Shown one piece after another: positions 1 through 9,325 of a stretch of 64,000 nucleotides of DNA. This DNA is from a virus. The translations under genes were made by a program, and so were the position numbers. The notes under the pieces are model-generated. The model had not been told where the DNA came from. It saw only the letters and a program-made list of their open reading frames with translations, and made no database searches. The stretch covers positions 1-64,000 of IMG/VR virus record IMGVR_UViG_3300033148_002693. One strand, written 5' to 3'. Within the stretch, counting starts at the first letter, position 1. The number at the start of each line of letters is the position of its first letter.

Positions 1-243
1 GTGATGGATCGGGGCGAAAAATGAGGACGGCAGCGCAGATGGTGTATGAAGCAGCCGGCAGGCGTTGGAATTTATCGAGGCTGAGATACGGAATGGGAAT
101 GACTGACATTCACCGGTATTGATTGGGGCCAGTTTCTCATGGTAATCAGAAACGACGGGGGGGGGCGATGAATTCGAAAGCTAGACGCATGGAAAGTGTT
201 GACAGGTGTCGGTCGGTAATAACGATGAGGGGGGCGATGAAAA

Positions 244-564
244 ATGAGTCTTGGAATCTTTCTAACGGCAACACGAACCATTGATGTATATGGTGGCAAT
301 ATTACGGGGAATCTCGTGCCAATGGCTAAGGCGGCTGGTATCTACGAGCATCTTTGGAATCCGCATAAGCTAGGTATTACAACGGCAGAGCAATTGATTG
401 ACCCATTAAGGCAGGCATTGGCGAAACTGACGGATGCCCCTGAATATTTCCAGAAGTACAATCCATCAAACGGTTGGGGTGATTACGATGGATTCGTTAG
501 GTTCGTTGGTGAATACCTTGACGCCTGTGAGAGTAATCCAGACGCTAAGGTGCATGTGTGGTGA
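244..564 (+). CDS. Hypothetical phage protein
   Basis: 106-aa ORF on the dominant coding strand with an upstream G-rich RBS-like tract; NITGNL...YNPSNGWG pattern resembles small phage proteins of unknown function. Confidence 0.6.
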   Translation: MSLGIFLTATRTIDVYGGNITGNLVPMAKAAGIYEHLWNPHKLGITTAEQLIDPLRQALAKLTDAPEYFQKYNPSNGWGDYDGFVRFVGEYLDACESNPDAKVHVW

Positions 565-1183
565 TGACCAACGCTTAATGTGCCGTGACTGCCCAGTTGT
601 GTCAAAACGGCGGCACTTGTGTATGTCTTCCGGTGTGTTGTAGCGCGTCGGTGGTAGAGAGGGGAAATGATGAGTGATCCTGGCTTTTGGACGGGTTTCG
701 CACGCGGGTATCTATATGGCTGGCTCACTGGTATTATTGTGGTGCTGGTGATAGCACTGATAACGACGCCGGGGGGCTGATGGGCCTGATTGACTGGTAT
801 CGGCGCAGAAAACGGTGGAAGGCAATTGACTGGTTACTGTACGATGGGCCGATGCTATGGCCAAACGAACTAGAATCAATGCGCGGCATGGTCAAATACT
901 ATTCCAAGTCGCAGTCACGGCGTGAGCGACGGCTGGCGCAGAATTTGGCGAAGGCGCTGCGTTGGATTGAGGCGACGCCGCAATATAAGGCGTATATGGA
1001 CACAATCACAATGGAGGCTGTCGATGACCTGGCGCATAACGATTAAGTATATCAACCACCGCTGGTTCGTGAGCATTGACACGCTCGACAAGCTAGGGCG
1101 CAAAGTTGACTATGCCGGCGGCGATTTCGCAACGCGCTGGCAGGCGATGGAGTTCATCGACGCGGAGACCGATAGGAGCGGTG

Positions 1184-1810
1184 ATGACTAATGTCCAACT
1201 ATATCACGGTGATTGCCTAGAGATAATGCAGCAGATACCGGATGGGAGCGTGGGCTTGGTATTCGCGGACCCCCCATATGGGAATAATACTGAGTATGCA
1301 AGTTATGATGATACACAAGAGAACCTACAGATATTGATTGCTGATTTTATGCCGGAAGCGTTACGGATTGGGAAGCGTGTAATGGTAACATGCGGTGTGG
1401 CGAACATCCATACATACCCAAAGCCAGATTGGATATTATCATGGGTATCACAGGCTGGTACTGGTTCCGGGGTGTGGGGATTCTGTTGCTGGCAGCCAAT
1501 TCTGGTATATGGCAAAGACTCGTATTTACAGGCTGGGAAGGGAAGGCGACCAGACACATTGGTATTAACGAAACCATCTGAGAAAACAATTCACCCTTGC
1601 CCTAAGCCAACAGTGATAATGGAGTGGATTATAACGCGTGGTTCATTGGAAGGTGATACGATTCTCGATCCGTTCATGGGCTCTGGCGCGACGGGGATTG
1701 CTGCGGTCAATACGGGCCGCAATTTCATCGGCATTGAGATAGACAAGGGCTACTTTGACATTGCAGAAAAACGCATCCGAGAAGCGGAAATGCAGCCGGC
1801 GCTACTATGA
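1184..1810 (+). CDS. DNA amino-methyltransferase (N6-A/N4-C, beta-type motif order)
   Basis: LYHGDCLE start, DPPY catalytic motif, HPCPKP, ILDPFMGSG SAM-binding motif, GIEID; ATG 1184 follows AGGAG. Confidence 0.9.
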   Translation: MTNVQLYHGDCLEIMQQIPDGSVGLVFADPPYGNNTEYASYDDTQENLQILIADFMPEALRIGKRVMVTCGVANIHTYPKPDWILSWVSQAGTGSGVWGFCCWQPILVYGKDSYLQAGKGRRPDTLVLTKPSEKTIHPCPKPTVIMEWIITRGSLEGDTILDPFMGSGATGIAAVNTGRNFIGIEIDKGYFDIAEKRIREAEMQPALL

Positions 1811-1832
1811 CAATTCAACTGATTCACGGTGA

Positions 1833-2279
1833 TTGACGCGTAGGCGATATATAATCAATGACACTGGGAGGTGCAAAGTGTTTGACATTTACAAAACGTT
1901 ACTGAATACAATTGCAGAACCAATCGCATCACATGACCTTGAACTATTGTCGAAAGTAGCCACAATGCTCAAGGGTACGGATGGTGAAAGCTGGGCTGCC
2001 GGTGAATCGCTTGAAAGGATGTTGCGCTATATCGCTATGTCTGTTGCGTTTGCAAAGGAATCAAAGCCCCATGCTCATGGGGTATTGCATAAGCCGCGAC
2101 AGGACGAGGTGTGCAGTTGTGTGTGGTGTGGAAATCAACAATCCCTAAGAATGATTCCACACCGGCAAAGTGATAACGCGTTGGTGGGTTGGGTATTCGC
2201 GTGCAAGGATTGCGTTCCTATCGTGTACGGCGGGAATGTGAATATTGAATATACCAAAGGTGAGGATATCCAACGCTAG
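1833..2279 (+). CDS. Hypothetical protein with C-terminal Zn ribbon
   Basis: CVWC...CKDC cysteine pairs. Confidence 0.5.
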   Translation: MTRRRYIINDTGRCKVFDIYKTLLNTIAEPIASHDLELLSKVATMLKGTDGESWAAGESLERMLRYIAMSVAFAKESKPHAHGVLHKPRQDEVCSCVWCGNQQSLRMIPHRQSDNALVGWVFACKDCVPIVYGGNVNIEYTKGEDIQR

Positions 2280-2894
2280 AAAACGTAGAGGGGCGCAGAT
2301 GCAGCCGGTGCTATTGTGATTGAGGAAGCCATTAGCCCCACGCACGCGTGAAGGTTTGCGATCATAATTTGTGATCACAAGTTGTTAAGAAGTTCGCCCA
2401 CGCATATGTGGAGGTTTGGTGGGTTTGAATCCATTCGAAAATTTTCTACAGGGATTGGAATGAATGGTAGGATAGTACTGGCTTGGATTATTTTGATTGC
2501 AATTGTGGTTGTGTCATTTGTGCTCCTGTTTGGGGCAATGCCGTTGAAGGCAGTCTTGGTTTTTGTGGGTGTGATTGCTGCTATATTCGTACTGGCGTAT
2601 ATAATCACATGGGCCACTTGTGTGATTCTGGGGGTAAGGTGAAAGGGTTGAGTGAGAATTGGTCTCAAGGGGGATAGCATGAAAGTACTAACATCATTGA
2701 TTCTGATTATAATTGTGATGGCAGCTATTATCGCGGTAATGGCGACAAAAGAATCGTTGATTGCAATTGGGGTGCTGATTGTATTTGTTATTGTGTCCAC
2801 GATTATAGCCTAGGTGATTGAGATGGTATCAAAAAGGAAGTAATGTGTTTGACGCGTAACAATAGATTTTATATCACGTGTATATTGGGAGTAT

Positions 2895-3779
2895 GTGATT
2901 TTGAAAGAGTCTGATTTAATAACGGCGAGCCTCGAGAGGTTTAGATATGTAGAGATTGGCGGGAAGAAGTTTGATTGCGCCGGAATAGATGGTCCACGTC
3001 CCTGGGATAAGGTCGAGGAATGGGATAAGAACGTCTGGTATGGCAGATTCTTGATGTATATGGATTTACCGCCGGAGCGTAGGAGCAAACCGGAGGCATG
3101 GCGAATATACCAGCGCAAGATCGGGGCTGACGACACAAAAAAGATTCCGGCCAACTGGTCATGGATGTCAAAGGATGGCTATTGGTATGAGCGCGCCAAA
3201 GCATACGATGACTGGATACGTGAGAGCGCGGAGGTATATAGGAGAGAGCGCAACCTTCGGGCAGATGAAGAGTCGAGACAGAAGTATCTCGAAGTAGTAG
3301 AAAAGCACATGCAGGATATAGTAGAGAACATGAGCGCGCTTGAGGCCATGTTTCACACTCGTAGAAGGGAAAAGGTGGATTCTCGCTGGACGCTGGAGGA
3401 GCTTCGGCAGATGGGCGAGAATCCGTCGCTGTATGTCGGTACTCCGAAATCTACCATTATTACGCTCCGCCCTACCGTTCGTCTGTCTGAGGTTATAGAG
3501 TCGCCAATGAAGGCGTACGAAATCGAACGGATGTTGCGGGGATTACCACCTATAAAAACCGAACCCGTCGCTGTAGCGGCTACACAGGTAAATGTGAACG
3601 TAGAGGGCAACCCTGTCCCCTGGATGGAGTACCGGACATTGGTAGGAGAAATGGAATTGCTACAAGAGAGCATAGCCAATCTGATGAGTGAGAAGCAGAG
3701 ATTGTTGAATAGGGTAGAGCAGTTGGAAGAGCTATTAGATATGATTCCAGAGTGGGAGACAGAAAGTGTCGCCAAGTAA
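2895..3779 (+). CDS. Putative terminase small subunit
   Basis: PWD...F..Y.DLPP..RS..EA...W..W...WYERAKAYD N-terminal pattern typical of HTH-type TerS, followed by helical/coiled-coil segments; lies near TerL. Confidence 0.55.
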   Translation: MILKESDLITASLERFRYVEIGGKKFDCAGIDGPRPWDKVEEWDKNVWYGRFLMYMDLPPERRSKPEAWRIYQRKIGADDTKKIPANWSWMSKDGYWYERAKAYDDWIRESAEVYRRERNLRADEESRQKYLEVVEKHMQDIVENMSALEAMFHTRRREKVDSRWTLEELRQMGENPSLYVGTPKSTIITLRPTVRLSEVIESPMKAYEIERMLRGLPPIKTEPVAVAATQVNVNVEGNPVPWMEYRTLVGEMELLQESIANLMSEKQRLLNRVEQLEELLDMIPEWETESVAK

Positions 3780-4290
3780 AGAACACGACTATTTGCAGAA
3801 AATTGCCTTATTGAAACTTCGATACATGGGTTATCCTGTTGTTTATCCGGAGGTTTACACAGGGTACATCAACGGCATACTCGATGCCGTTGGTATCGTA
3901 CATGGTGGGATGTTCTATCGGCCAGGGGGGTCCCCATATCAATCTGCCGGTATAGAGGTCAAGATCAGCCGTGCAGACTATTACAGCGAGAAGCAGAGGG
4001 CTGTGGCGCACAAGTCTGCTGGTATCCATTCGAAAAGTCAGTTCGGTATTAATTACCGCTATTTCCTAGTTCCGAAGGGATTGATAAAGCTGGATGAGTT
4101 GTACGAGGGCTGGGGATTGATGGAGTTTGACGGGAAGCAAGTCAGAATGATCGTTGATTCTCCGAGATATGAAGTAGATGACAGAATCTGCTTTGAAATG
4201 GCAAGGCGACCTCATGTGGTATTCCATCAGAAAGAGACTTATCTTTTGGATGGTTACGATTGGGTGACTTATGGGATAGTAGAGAGGTGA
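3766..4290 (+). CDS. PD-(D/E)xK nuclease-like protein (MmcB-like)
   Basis: H..LQ...E...LDAVG...GIEVKISRADY...RYFLVP...GWGL motif order. Confidence 0.65.
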   Translation: MSPSKEHDYLQKIALLKLRYMGYPVVYPEVYTGYINGILDAVGIVHGGMFYRPGGSPYQSAGIEVKISRADYYSEKQRAVAHKSAGIHSKSQFGINYRYFLVPKGLIKLDELYEGWGLMEFDGKQVRMIVDSPRYEVDDRICFEMARRPHVVFHQKETYLLDGYDWVTYGIVER

Positions 4291-4455
4291 GATCGAACAT
4301 GAAACACAAGAGCGGAAGGGGCAGCAGGTATCTTGACTTGGGGTTACAGGATAGTATATGCCCCAGGTGTAAGGTAGGTGTATTGATTCGCAAGGGAAAG
4401 CATTGGGTGTGCTCAAATCTGAAGTGCGTTCAGGGAAAGTAGAAAGGAGCGAAAC

Positions 4456-4833
4456 ATGGAATTGTTGGAAAGTCAATTGGTAGAGTTGATCAATCAGATT
4501 CAATCTCTCGCACCACGTATGTGGGAGATTCTCATGAAGCAGGCGTTGATCGATGGATGGTGGGGGATTGTATGGGTGATTGTATGGGGGATTGCCTTGC
4601 TCCTGCCGATTCTGCCATCTGCATTCGTGGCGAAGTCATTTTACAAGAGGTATAGAGCAAAGAATGTCAAGGGTTCGTACTACGATGATGAGTTTGCGCT
4701 TCTTGTTGGTTTGTTGGGTTGCTATGTTGTTATTGTCCTCATCATGGGTTTGTGCATTCTATCGGATGGAGTGAGGGTAATGGCAAATCCAGAGTGGCAT
4801 GCCATACAACTATTGATAGGGGGGTTACAATGA
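4456..4833 (+). CDS. Membrane protein
   Basis: Two hydrophobic segments; AGGAG RBS. Confidence 0.6.
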   Translation: MELLESQLVELINQIQSLAPRMWEILMKQALIDGWWGIVWVIVWGIALLLPILPSAFVAKSFYKRYRAKNVKGSYYDDEFALLVGLLGCYVVIVLIMGLCILSDGVRVMANPEWHAIQLLIGGLQ

Positions 4834-5348
4834 AAATGAGATTGATAGCAGTCATCATGTTGGTGATGGCCGTATTCAGTTGAAATTGTTGATGTACCAG
4901 AGGTTATAGTTTTGACTATTTCTCCGCCGTTGAATCTCGGCGTGCCGATCCCTGGCTCTATCGTGTCGGTGAACGCAAGTGCAACTTCGATGACGGCGAA
5001 TCAGCCGGGCATTGTTCAGGTCACGTTTGAGCAGGGAAGGACTGTGACTGTTTTTGGCAATGTGACCGTCATATTTGAAGCTGACAAGGTAACTATTATC
5101 AGTGAAGAATAAAAGAGTGGCCTGGAAGTCAATCGGTGAATTGTACAGAACGTGCATAGATGAAGGATGTGGGAGCTCTGCTGACATCGAGTTGTTGGCA
5201 GGGTTCTGCTTAATGAGGCGACCTGTGGGTAATATGGATTGGCTAGAATGGAGAAATATTCTCAAGACTATGTCTGGAATGATGCATGTGTGCAGGGAGG
5301 CATATTCTGGATATTCTGGCAAGCCAAGATATTGGATAGGAGATGACA

Positions 5349-5489
5349 ATGATTTGCCCTGATTGCAAAGGAACTGGTGAACGGATTATGACCGTGAGGC
5401 GAGAGCATGGAACTATGTTTGCCAGGGGCGTCCCGTTCGTCATACGAAAGTGTAAGCGATGTAAAGGGACTGGAAAGATCAAAAAGTGA
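5349..5489 (+). CDS. Small DnaJ-type zinc-finger protein (46 aa, below ORF-track cutoff)
   Basis: Manual translation MICPDCKGTG...KCKRCKGTGKIKK: two CxxCxGxG motifs. Confidence 0.6.
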   Translation: MICPDCKGTGERIMTVRREHGTMFARGVPFVIRKCKRCKGTGKIKK

Positions 5490-5889
5490 AAACTCCCTCA
5501 TCATCTTCAACCGTGCCGTTTTGATTCATGATGTCGAACAGGTTGAACCTTGCCGGCATCTTATGAACGCCTCGTTCCTGGCAGGCGGGGCAAGCAAATT
5601 CCACGTTGTCCCCATCAGTCTTGAACAGGAGTCGGTTGCACTTGTCCCCTTTTCCAGGTTCACGGAATCCCCCTGTTCTTTTCTCCTGGATTGTATGAGA
5701 ACACCTAATCTCAATCCATTCCCCATTGGCCCTGATTATTAGGTCTCTCGGAAGGAAATGGCTTACGTTGTCGCACCTGGGGCATCGGGTAGAAAGGGTA
5801 GTGCCAATGCAGAACAGGAGTCGATCACAAATGTCGTGGGTTTTCCCTACTCTTCGTTTTTGACGGCAGCGGACTTCAGAATTGATCAA
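5479..5889 (-). CDS. Tandem Zn-ribbon protein, Mu Com-like
   Basis: Twice-repeated RC...C(D/N)RLLF...CPxC; overlaps the TerL stop region. Confidence 0.55.
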   Translation of the reverse strand: MINSEVRCRQKRRVGKTHDICDRLLFCIGTTLSTRCPRCDNVSHFLPRDLIIRANGEWIEIRCSHTIQEKRTGGFREPGKGDKCNRLLFKTDGDNVEFACPACQERGVHKMPARFNLFDIMNQNGTVEDDEGVFTF

Positions 5890-7363
5890 TGCTGCCCTCC
5901 TCGATTTTTCTCATTTGTCCAGCAATCGCATCGGCAATTACCATGTCATCATGTTCGCCAGGAGCAGCTTCGGGGTGGCCGCCGACGCCTTCGCCTCGCA
6001 TGAATTGCAACATTTGCTTGAGCAACTTTTCATCGTTGAAGATTGAGTCGGCATCGGCTATTTCTTTGCGTAGGTCCTGGAGCATTGGCAGTCTTGTCTT
6101 GGAGGTTGTTTTCCAGCCAATATCGCCGTCATCGTGATAGAACAGATTGTCGTAGCCGAGTTCAAGAGCTTTTTCAAGAGTCGATATGCCCGCATCATTT
6201 CGCTCTACTCCAAGTAGGGCTTCGTTGTAGTGGTAGGCCATTCTCACAAGTTCTTCTGCAAATTGGAATGGGGTCATCACTGCATTGAGAGTAGCTACAC
6301 GCTCATTGGTTTTGCGATCCCTGATGACTGCTGCGCTGAAGTCATCGCCTATGTTTCCTCTGGCTACGTCAGCCCCTACAACGTATTGATGGCCTGGCTC
6401 TGGCTCTTTCCAGATAAGCCATTCCTCGTCATCAAATAGATATTCACCTGGACACCTCTCGATGAGCGCACGCAAGTTCGGGGCAGAGAAAAAACACAAG
6501 CCCGATGTCAAGAAACAGCTTTCATCGTCTTCTGGGTATTCCTGATAGAATAGGTCGGGGTCACCCTTGTTTTTCGCTGCGATGTCCTCGATTTTCCATC
6601 TACGCCATTTGATTTGTGCTGGTGTTAGGTTGTGCTTTGCTATCAGCTTTTCTTCGTCTGAGGAGTACGGTTCAAGGGATTCATTGCGCCCTACTGGTAA
6701 CTTGCAATTATCGTCCCAGAACCAGGGGATGAAGATCGCGTTCCAGCCACCCTTGCCTGCCTTCGCTTGCTGGTAGAGTTCGTAGAACCCGCCGGCAGCA
6801 CCGTTGGGTGTTGATTCAACTATGATCATGCTTGATTGGGTATTGGGGACGGCTTCAGTCAGTCCCATGAATTGATCGGGCCAGAGCCACCATGCGTACT
6901 CGGAGCAATGCAATAACTGGATCGTTTCGCCACGGCCACCACCGCCCTTAGCAGTAGTAAGGGCGATCATACTCGAATTGAGGAATGGGAATGTCATCTC
7001 TCTATTGGAGTAGTGGCCTGTTTTTGGTTTGAATTCAGGGGGAAAATTCTCGTAGAATATCTTGGACATATTGAATAGATAATTTGTGGATTGTGCCTTA
7101 TGTGCTGCTGTAGTGGTATTGATGCCAGACTTGTGGGTAGTCTTTCTGTACAGCAATGCTTGTACCAGCGTAGAGCAACCTACTCTTCTGGATTTCAATA
7201 CCACTGTCCTACGTCTGAGATTTTCCAGGATGTGTTTTTGAACAGAGTTGATCCTGAGCGATGCGAGGCCGCCAACCGCCCCGCTTGGTTCCATTGGTCT
7301 TATCTTGAGATACTTTTCAAAGTATTCGATGTCGTTCATGCGAGCAATTGCTATGGGGTCCAT
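5876..7363 (-). CDS. terL: Terminase large subunit
   Basis: VVLKSRRVGCST Walker A region, LLHCSEYAWW Walker B, IVESTPNG coupling motif, VVGADVARG and HDDMVIA RNase H-like nuclease motifs. Confidence 0.93.
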   Translation of the reverse strand: MDPIAIARMNDIEYFEKYLKIRPMEPSGAVGGLASLRINSVQKHILENLRRRTVVLKSRRVGCSTLVQALLYRKTTHKSGINTTTAAHKAQSTNYLFNMSKIFYENFPPEFKPKTGHYSNREMTFPFLNSSMIALTTAKGGGGRGETIQLLHCSEYAWWLWPDQFMGLTEAVPNTQSSMIIVESTPNGAAGGFYELYQQAKAGKGGWNAIFIPWFWDDNCKLPVGRNESLEPYSSDEEKLIAKHNLTPAQIKWRRWKIEDIAAKNKGDPDLFYQEYPEDDESCFLTSGLCFFSAPNLRALIERCPGEYLFDDEEWLIWKEPEPGHQYVVGADVARGNIGDDFSAAVIRDRKTNERVATLNAVMTPFQFAEELVRMAYHYNEALLGVERNDAGISTLEKALELGYDNLFYHDDGDIGWKTTSKTRLPMLQDLRKEIADADSIFNDEKLLKQMLQFMRGEGVGGHPEAAPGEHDDMVIADAIAGQMRKIEEGSIDQF

Positions 7364-7369
7364 GTATTT

Positions 7370-7398
7370 ATTGTAGCATGAATTTGGGTTATAGTCAA
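7370..7398 (-). promoter_or_regulatory. Sigma70-type promoter for terL (leaderless)
   Basis: Minus strand TTGACT-17 nt-TACAAT with extended TG; only 6 nt separate the -10 box from the terL ATG. Confidence 0.7.
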
Positions 7399-7435
7399 TA
7401 GTTTTGTTGGGATATTTGGGATAAAAAGCCGGAAT

Positions 7436-7493
7436 ATTTTAAGGTTATTTATGTAAACTAAACCTTGACAATATACTGATTATAGGGTATAAT
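7436..7493 (+). promoter_or_regulatory. Consensus sigma70 promoter, copy A of a repeated phage promoter
   Basis: TTGACA(7465-7470)-17-TATAAT(7488-7493); 7436-7478 is identical to 63384-63426. Confidence 0.85.
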
Positions 7494-7524
7494 GGGTATA
7501 AGATAAATTATATGGAGGATTGAA

Positions 7525-7791
7525 ATGATTGTTATGGGATTAGAATTGGGATCGAAGGTGGTTGTTATTGATGATGGAGAGGTGCTTGGAACCGGCAAAG
7601 TGCTCGTTTTGCCATGTCGGGAATGGCCTTATCTACCTGATGATCTTGTAACAATTTCATCACTTCATGGCAAGATTGTCAATGAAGCAATCCACAAGGT
7701 AATCAATGGGCGTGAGCGTCGAGTAGTTGAATTGCCAGTTAAGTATATTGGATTCGATAATTTTTACAAGGAATGTGAAGAGTTGATCTGA
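7525..7791 (+). CDS. Hypothetical protein
   Basis: GGAGG RBS; first ORF behind promoter A. Confidence 0.6.
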   Translation: MIVMGLELGSKVVVIDDGEVLGTGKVLVLPCREWPYLPDDLVTISSLHGKIVNEAIHKVINGRERRVVELPVKYIGFDNFYKECEELI

Positions 7792-7792
7792 A

Positions 7793-8254
7793 ATGAATGA
7801 TTGGCAATGCAGTCGGATGTATGTGGCCCAGGCAGAAATAGGCAAAAGCAATCACTTTGCGAACATGGCTGAGGTCAAGGACTTCGTGGATGAAGTGATT
7901 GACAGCGAGTGGTGGGATGGGCGGTTTGGTTTTGTCAGGGTAGAGTTGAGAGATGGTCGTGGTTGCAAACATGCCAATGTTAAGGGGTTTATACTTGAGT
8001 TTATCAATAGCAATGTGCTCATGTTCTATGTCATTTCATTGCCAAGATGGAGTAGGACTCCGGAAACGATTTTGCACGAATTGGCCCATGTAGCAACTGA
8101 TACGAAATACGGATTTGATGTACCCGCTCATGGCCGAGAGTTTTGTGAGGTTTATCTGAATCTGGTTTCGGAGTGGATCGGGGAAAAGACAGCAGATAGG
8201 CTTCAAAGGTCATTCGAATATTACAATGTAGAATGGGAGGAGTCAGATGTATGA
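7793..8254 (+). CDS. SprT-like HExxH zinc metalloprotease
   Basis: LPRWSR...ILHELAH...AHGREF motif. Confidence 0.75.
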   Translation: MNDWQCSRMYVAQAEIGKSNHFANMAEVKDFVDEVIDSEWWDGRFGFVRVELRDGRGCKHANVKGFILEFINSNVLMFYVISLPRWSRTPETILHELAHVATDTKYGFDVPAHGREFCEVYLNLVSEWIGEKTADRLQRSFEYYNVEWEESDV

Positions 8255-8702
8255 AGCACCGATTGTGAGGGTTCAATTGATAAGAGATTCTGGCGTTAGT
8301 ATGAAGGATTGTAAGGTTTCCGGTTCAGAATCTATCGCCCCTGCTTTGATTGAACGTTTCGGTATGAGTGATAGAGAGCAGATGATTGTGGTTCATCTGA
8401 ATATTAACAATGTGGTTTTGTCAATAGAGGTCGCCCACATGGGAACGCTAAATGCAAGCATTGTCTCTACGAGAGAGATATTTAAGGGTGCGATTCTCGC
8501 CAATGCAGCATCAATCTTGATTGCTCACAATCACCCATCTGGGAACCTTTCACCATCGTATGAGGATATTGAAATCACGAAGAAGATCGTCAAGGCCGGT
8601 GAGATATTGGACATCAAGGTGTTGGATCACTTGATTATTTCTGGGAGCGGTTACACATCGCTGAATAGAGAGGGTATGATGTTGGGGAGGACGGCATTGT
8701 GA
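8247..8702 (+). CDS. radC: RadC-like JAB-domain protein
   Basis: DREQ...GTLNASIVSTREIFK...AHNHPSGNLSPSYED...LDHLII. Confidence 0.9.
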   Translation: MYEAPIVRVQLIRDSGVSMKDCKVSGSESIAPALIERFGMSDREQMIVVHLNINNVVLSIEVAHMGTLNASIVSTREIFKGAILANAASILIAHNHPSGNLSPSYEDIEITKKIVKAGEILDIKVLDHLIISGSGYTSLNREGMMLGRTAL

Positions 8703-8785
8703 TTGGAGAACCGATTGTTCCATTGACTTGTGACAAGTGTCATTGAGTACGTTATGAGAGATGTATTCACAAAGCACGTAGGAGG

Positions 8786-8986
8786 TTGATTATGAAGGTG
8801 GTTTTCAGAGACAGAGAGTTGCTTGAAGAAGCTATCGTGAAGCCACGCCAGCGACGCCGCAAACAGGTGAAGGGCGATCTTGAGAAGGCGTCAGATTGTA
8901 CGCTGGACTTGCTTGCGATAAGACTCGGTTGCGAGAGGGATGTGGAGAGCATTGCGACGGCTCTCGTTCCTGAATTGAGTATTTGA
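8786..8986 (+). CDS. Small hypothetical protein, possibly DNA-binding
   Basis: AGGAGG RBS; basic segment followed by a short helical region. Confidence 0.45.
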   Translation: MIMKVVFRDRELLEEAIVKPRQRRRKQVKGDLEKASDCTLDLLAIRLGCERDVESIATALVPELSI

Positions 8987-9011
8987 CAATATAATCGCAA
9001 TCTGTTATACT
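8983..9011 (+). promoter_or_regulatory. Sigma70 promoter for the RNA array and Ro60 gene
   Basis: TTGACA(8983-8988)-17-TATACT(9006-9011) with extended TG; predicted start near 9017-9018 coincides with the 5' end of RNA unit 1. Confidence 0.85.
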
Positions 9012-9016
9012 GTATA

Positions 9017-9081
9017 TGCGGCAGTGATGGGTGAGTTACTTCGGTCGGGGTACTAAAGCACTCACCCAACTTTACTCCGTA
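9017..9081 (+). ncRNA. Ro60-associated Y RNA-like unit 1 (minimal cargo)
   Basis: TGCGG/CCGTA closing stem, CAGTGA internal loop, TGGGTGAGT/ACTCACCCA stem, TACTTCG motif. Confidence 0.7.
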
Positions 9082-9092
9082 GAGACTAATAT

Positions 9093-9162
9093 CTGTGGCA
9101 GTGATGAGAGAGATACTTCGACTTGAAATCGAGCAATACCTCTCTCTCAGGTATCTCCACAG
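9093..9162 (+). ncRNA. Ro60-associated Y RNA-like unit 2 (Ser-UGA anticodon stem-loop cargo)
   Basis: CTGTGG/CCACAG, CAGTGA, TGAGAGAGA/TCTCTCTCA, TACTTCG; apical TTCGA-CTTGAAA-TCGAG hairpin with a 7-nt anticodon-type loop. Confidence 0.75.
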
Positions 9163-9176
9163 TAAAGTGGAATCAG

Positions 9177-9307
9177 ACCGTGACACTGATGAGAGGGCTA
9201 CTTCGTAGCTCAACTGGCAGAGCATTACCCTGTAAAGGTAACAGTTTAGGTTCAATTCCTAACGAGGCCGAAAGGTCTAAATCCCTCTCAAGTTTTTCGT
9301 TCACGGT
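9177..9307 (+). ncRNA. Ro60-associated Y RNA-like unit 3 (tRNA-Tyr(GUA)-like cargo)
   Basis: ACCGTGA/TCACGGT, CACTGA, TGAGAGGG/CCCTCTCA, TACTTCG; D arm GCTC-AACTGGCA-GAGC, anticodon arm TTACC-CTGTAAA-GGTAA, T arm TTAGG-TTCAATT-CCTAA. Confidence 0.8.
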
Positions 9308-9325
9308 AAATGAAAGGGGAATGGA

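Noticed and set aside
9199-9270. Functional tRNA-Tyr gene
   Set aside because: The acceptor stem is only 4-5 bp, there is no discriminator or CCA end, the variable arm is short, and the body is embedded in the repeat scaffold. Treated as a tRNA mimic.
9186-9280. Hammerhead ribozyme (CTGATGA ... GGCCGAAAGGTC)
   Set aside because: The GAAA is a tetraloop rather than the core GAAA after stem II, and the TGA of CTGATGA is paired in the scaffold stem.
9017-9307. CRISPR array or box C/D-type guide array
   Set aside because: The units conserve structure rather than exact repeats and vary greatly in length. GTGATGA/CTGATGA resembles box C, but no matching box D pattern, cas gene or Nop-domain gene is evident.
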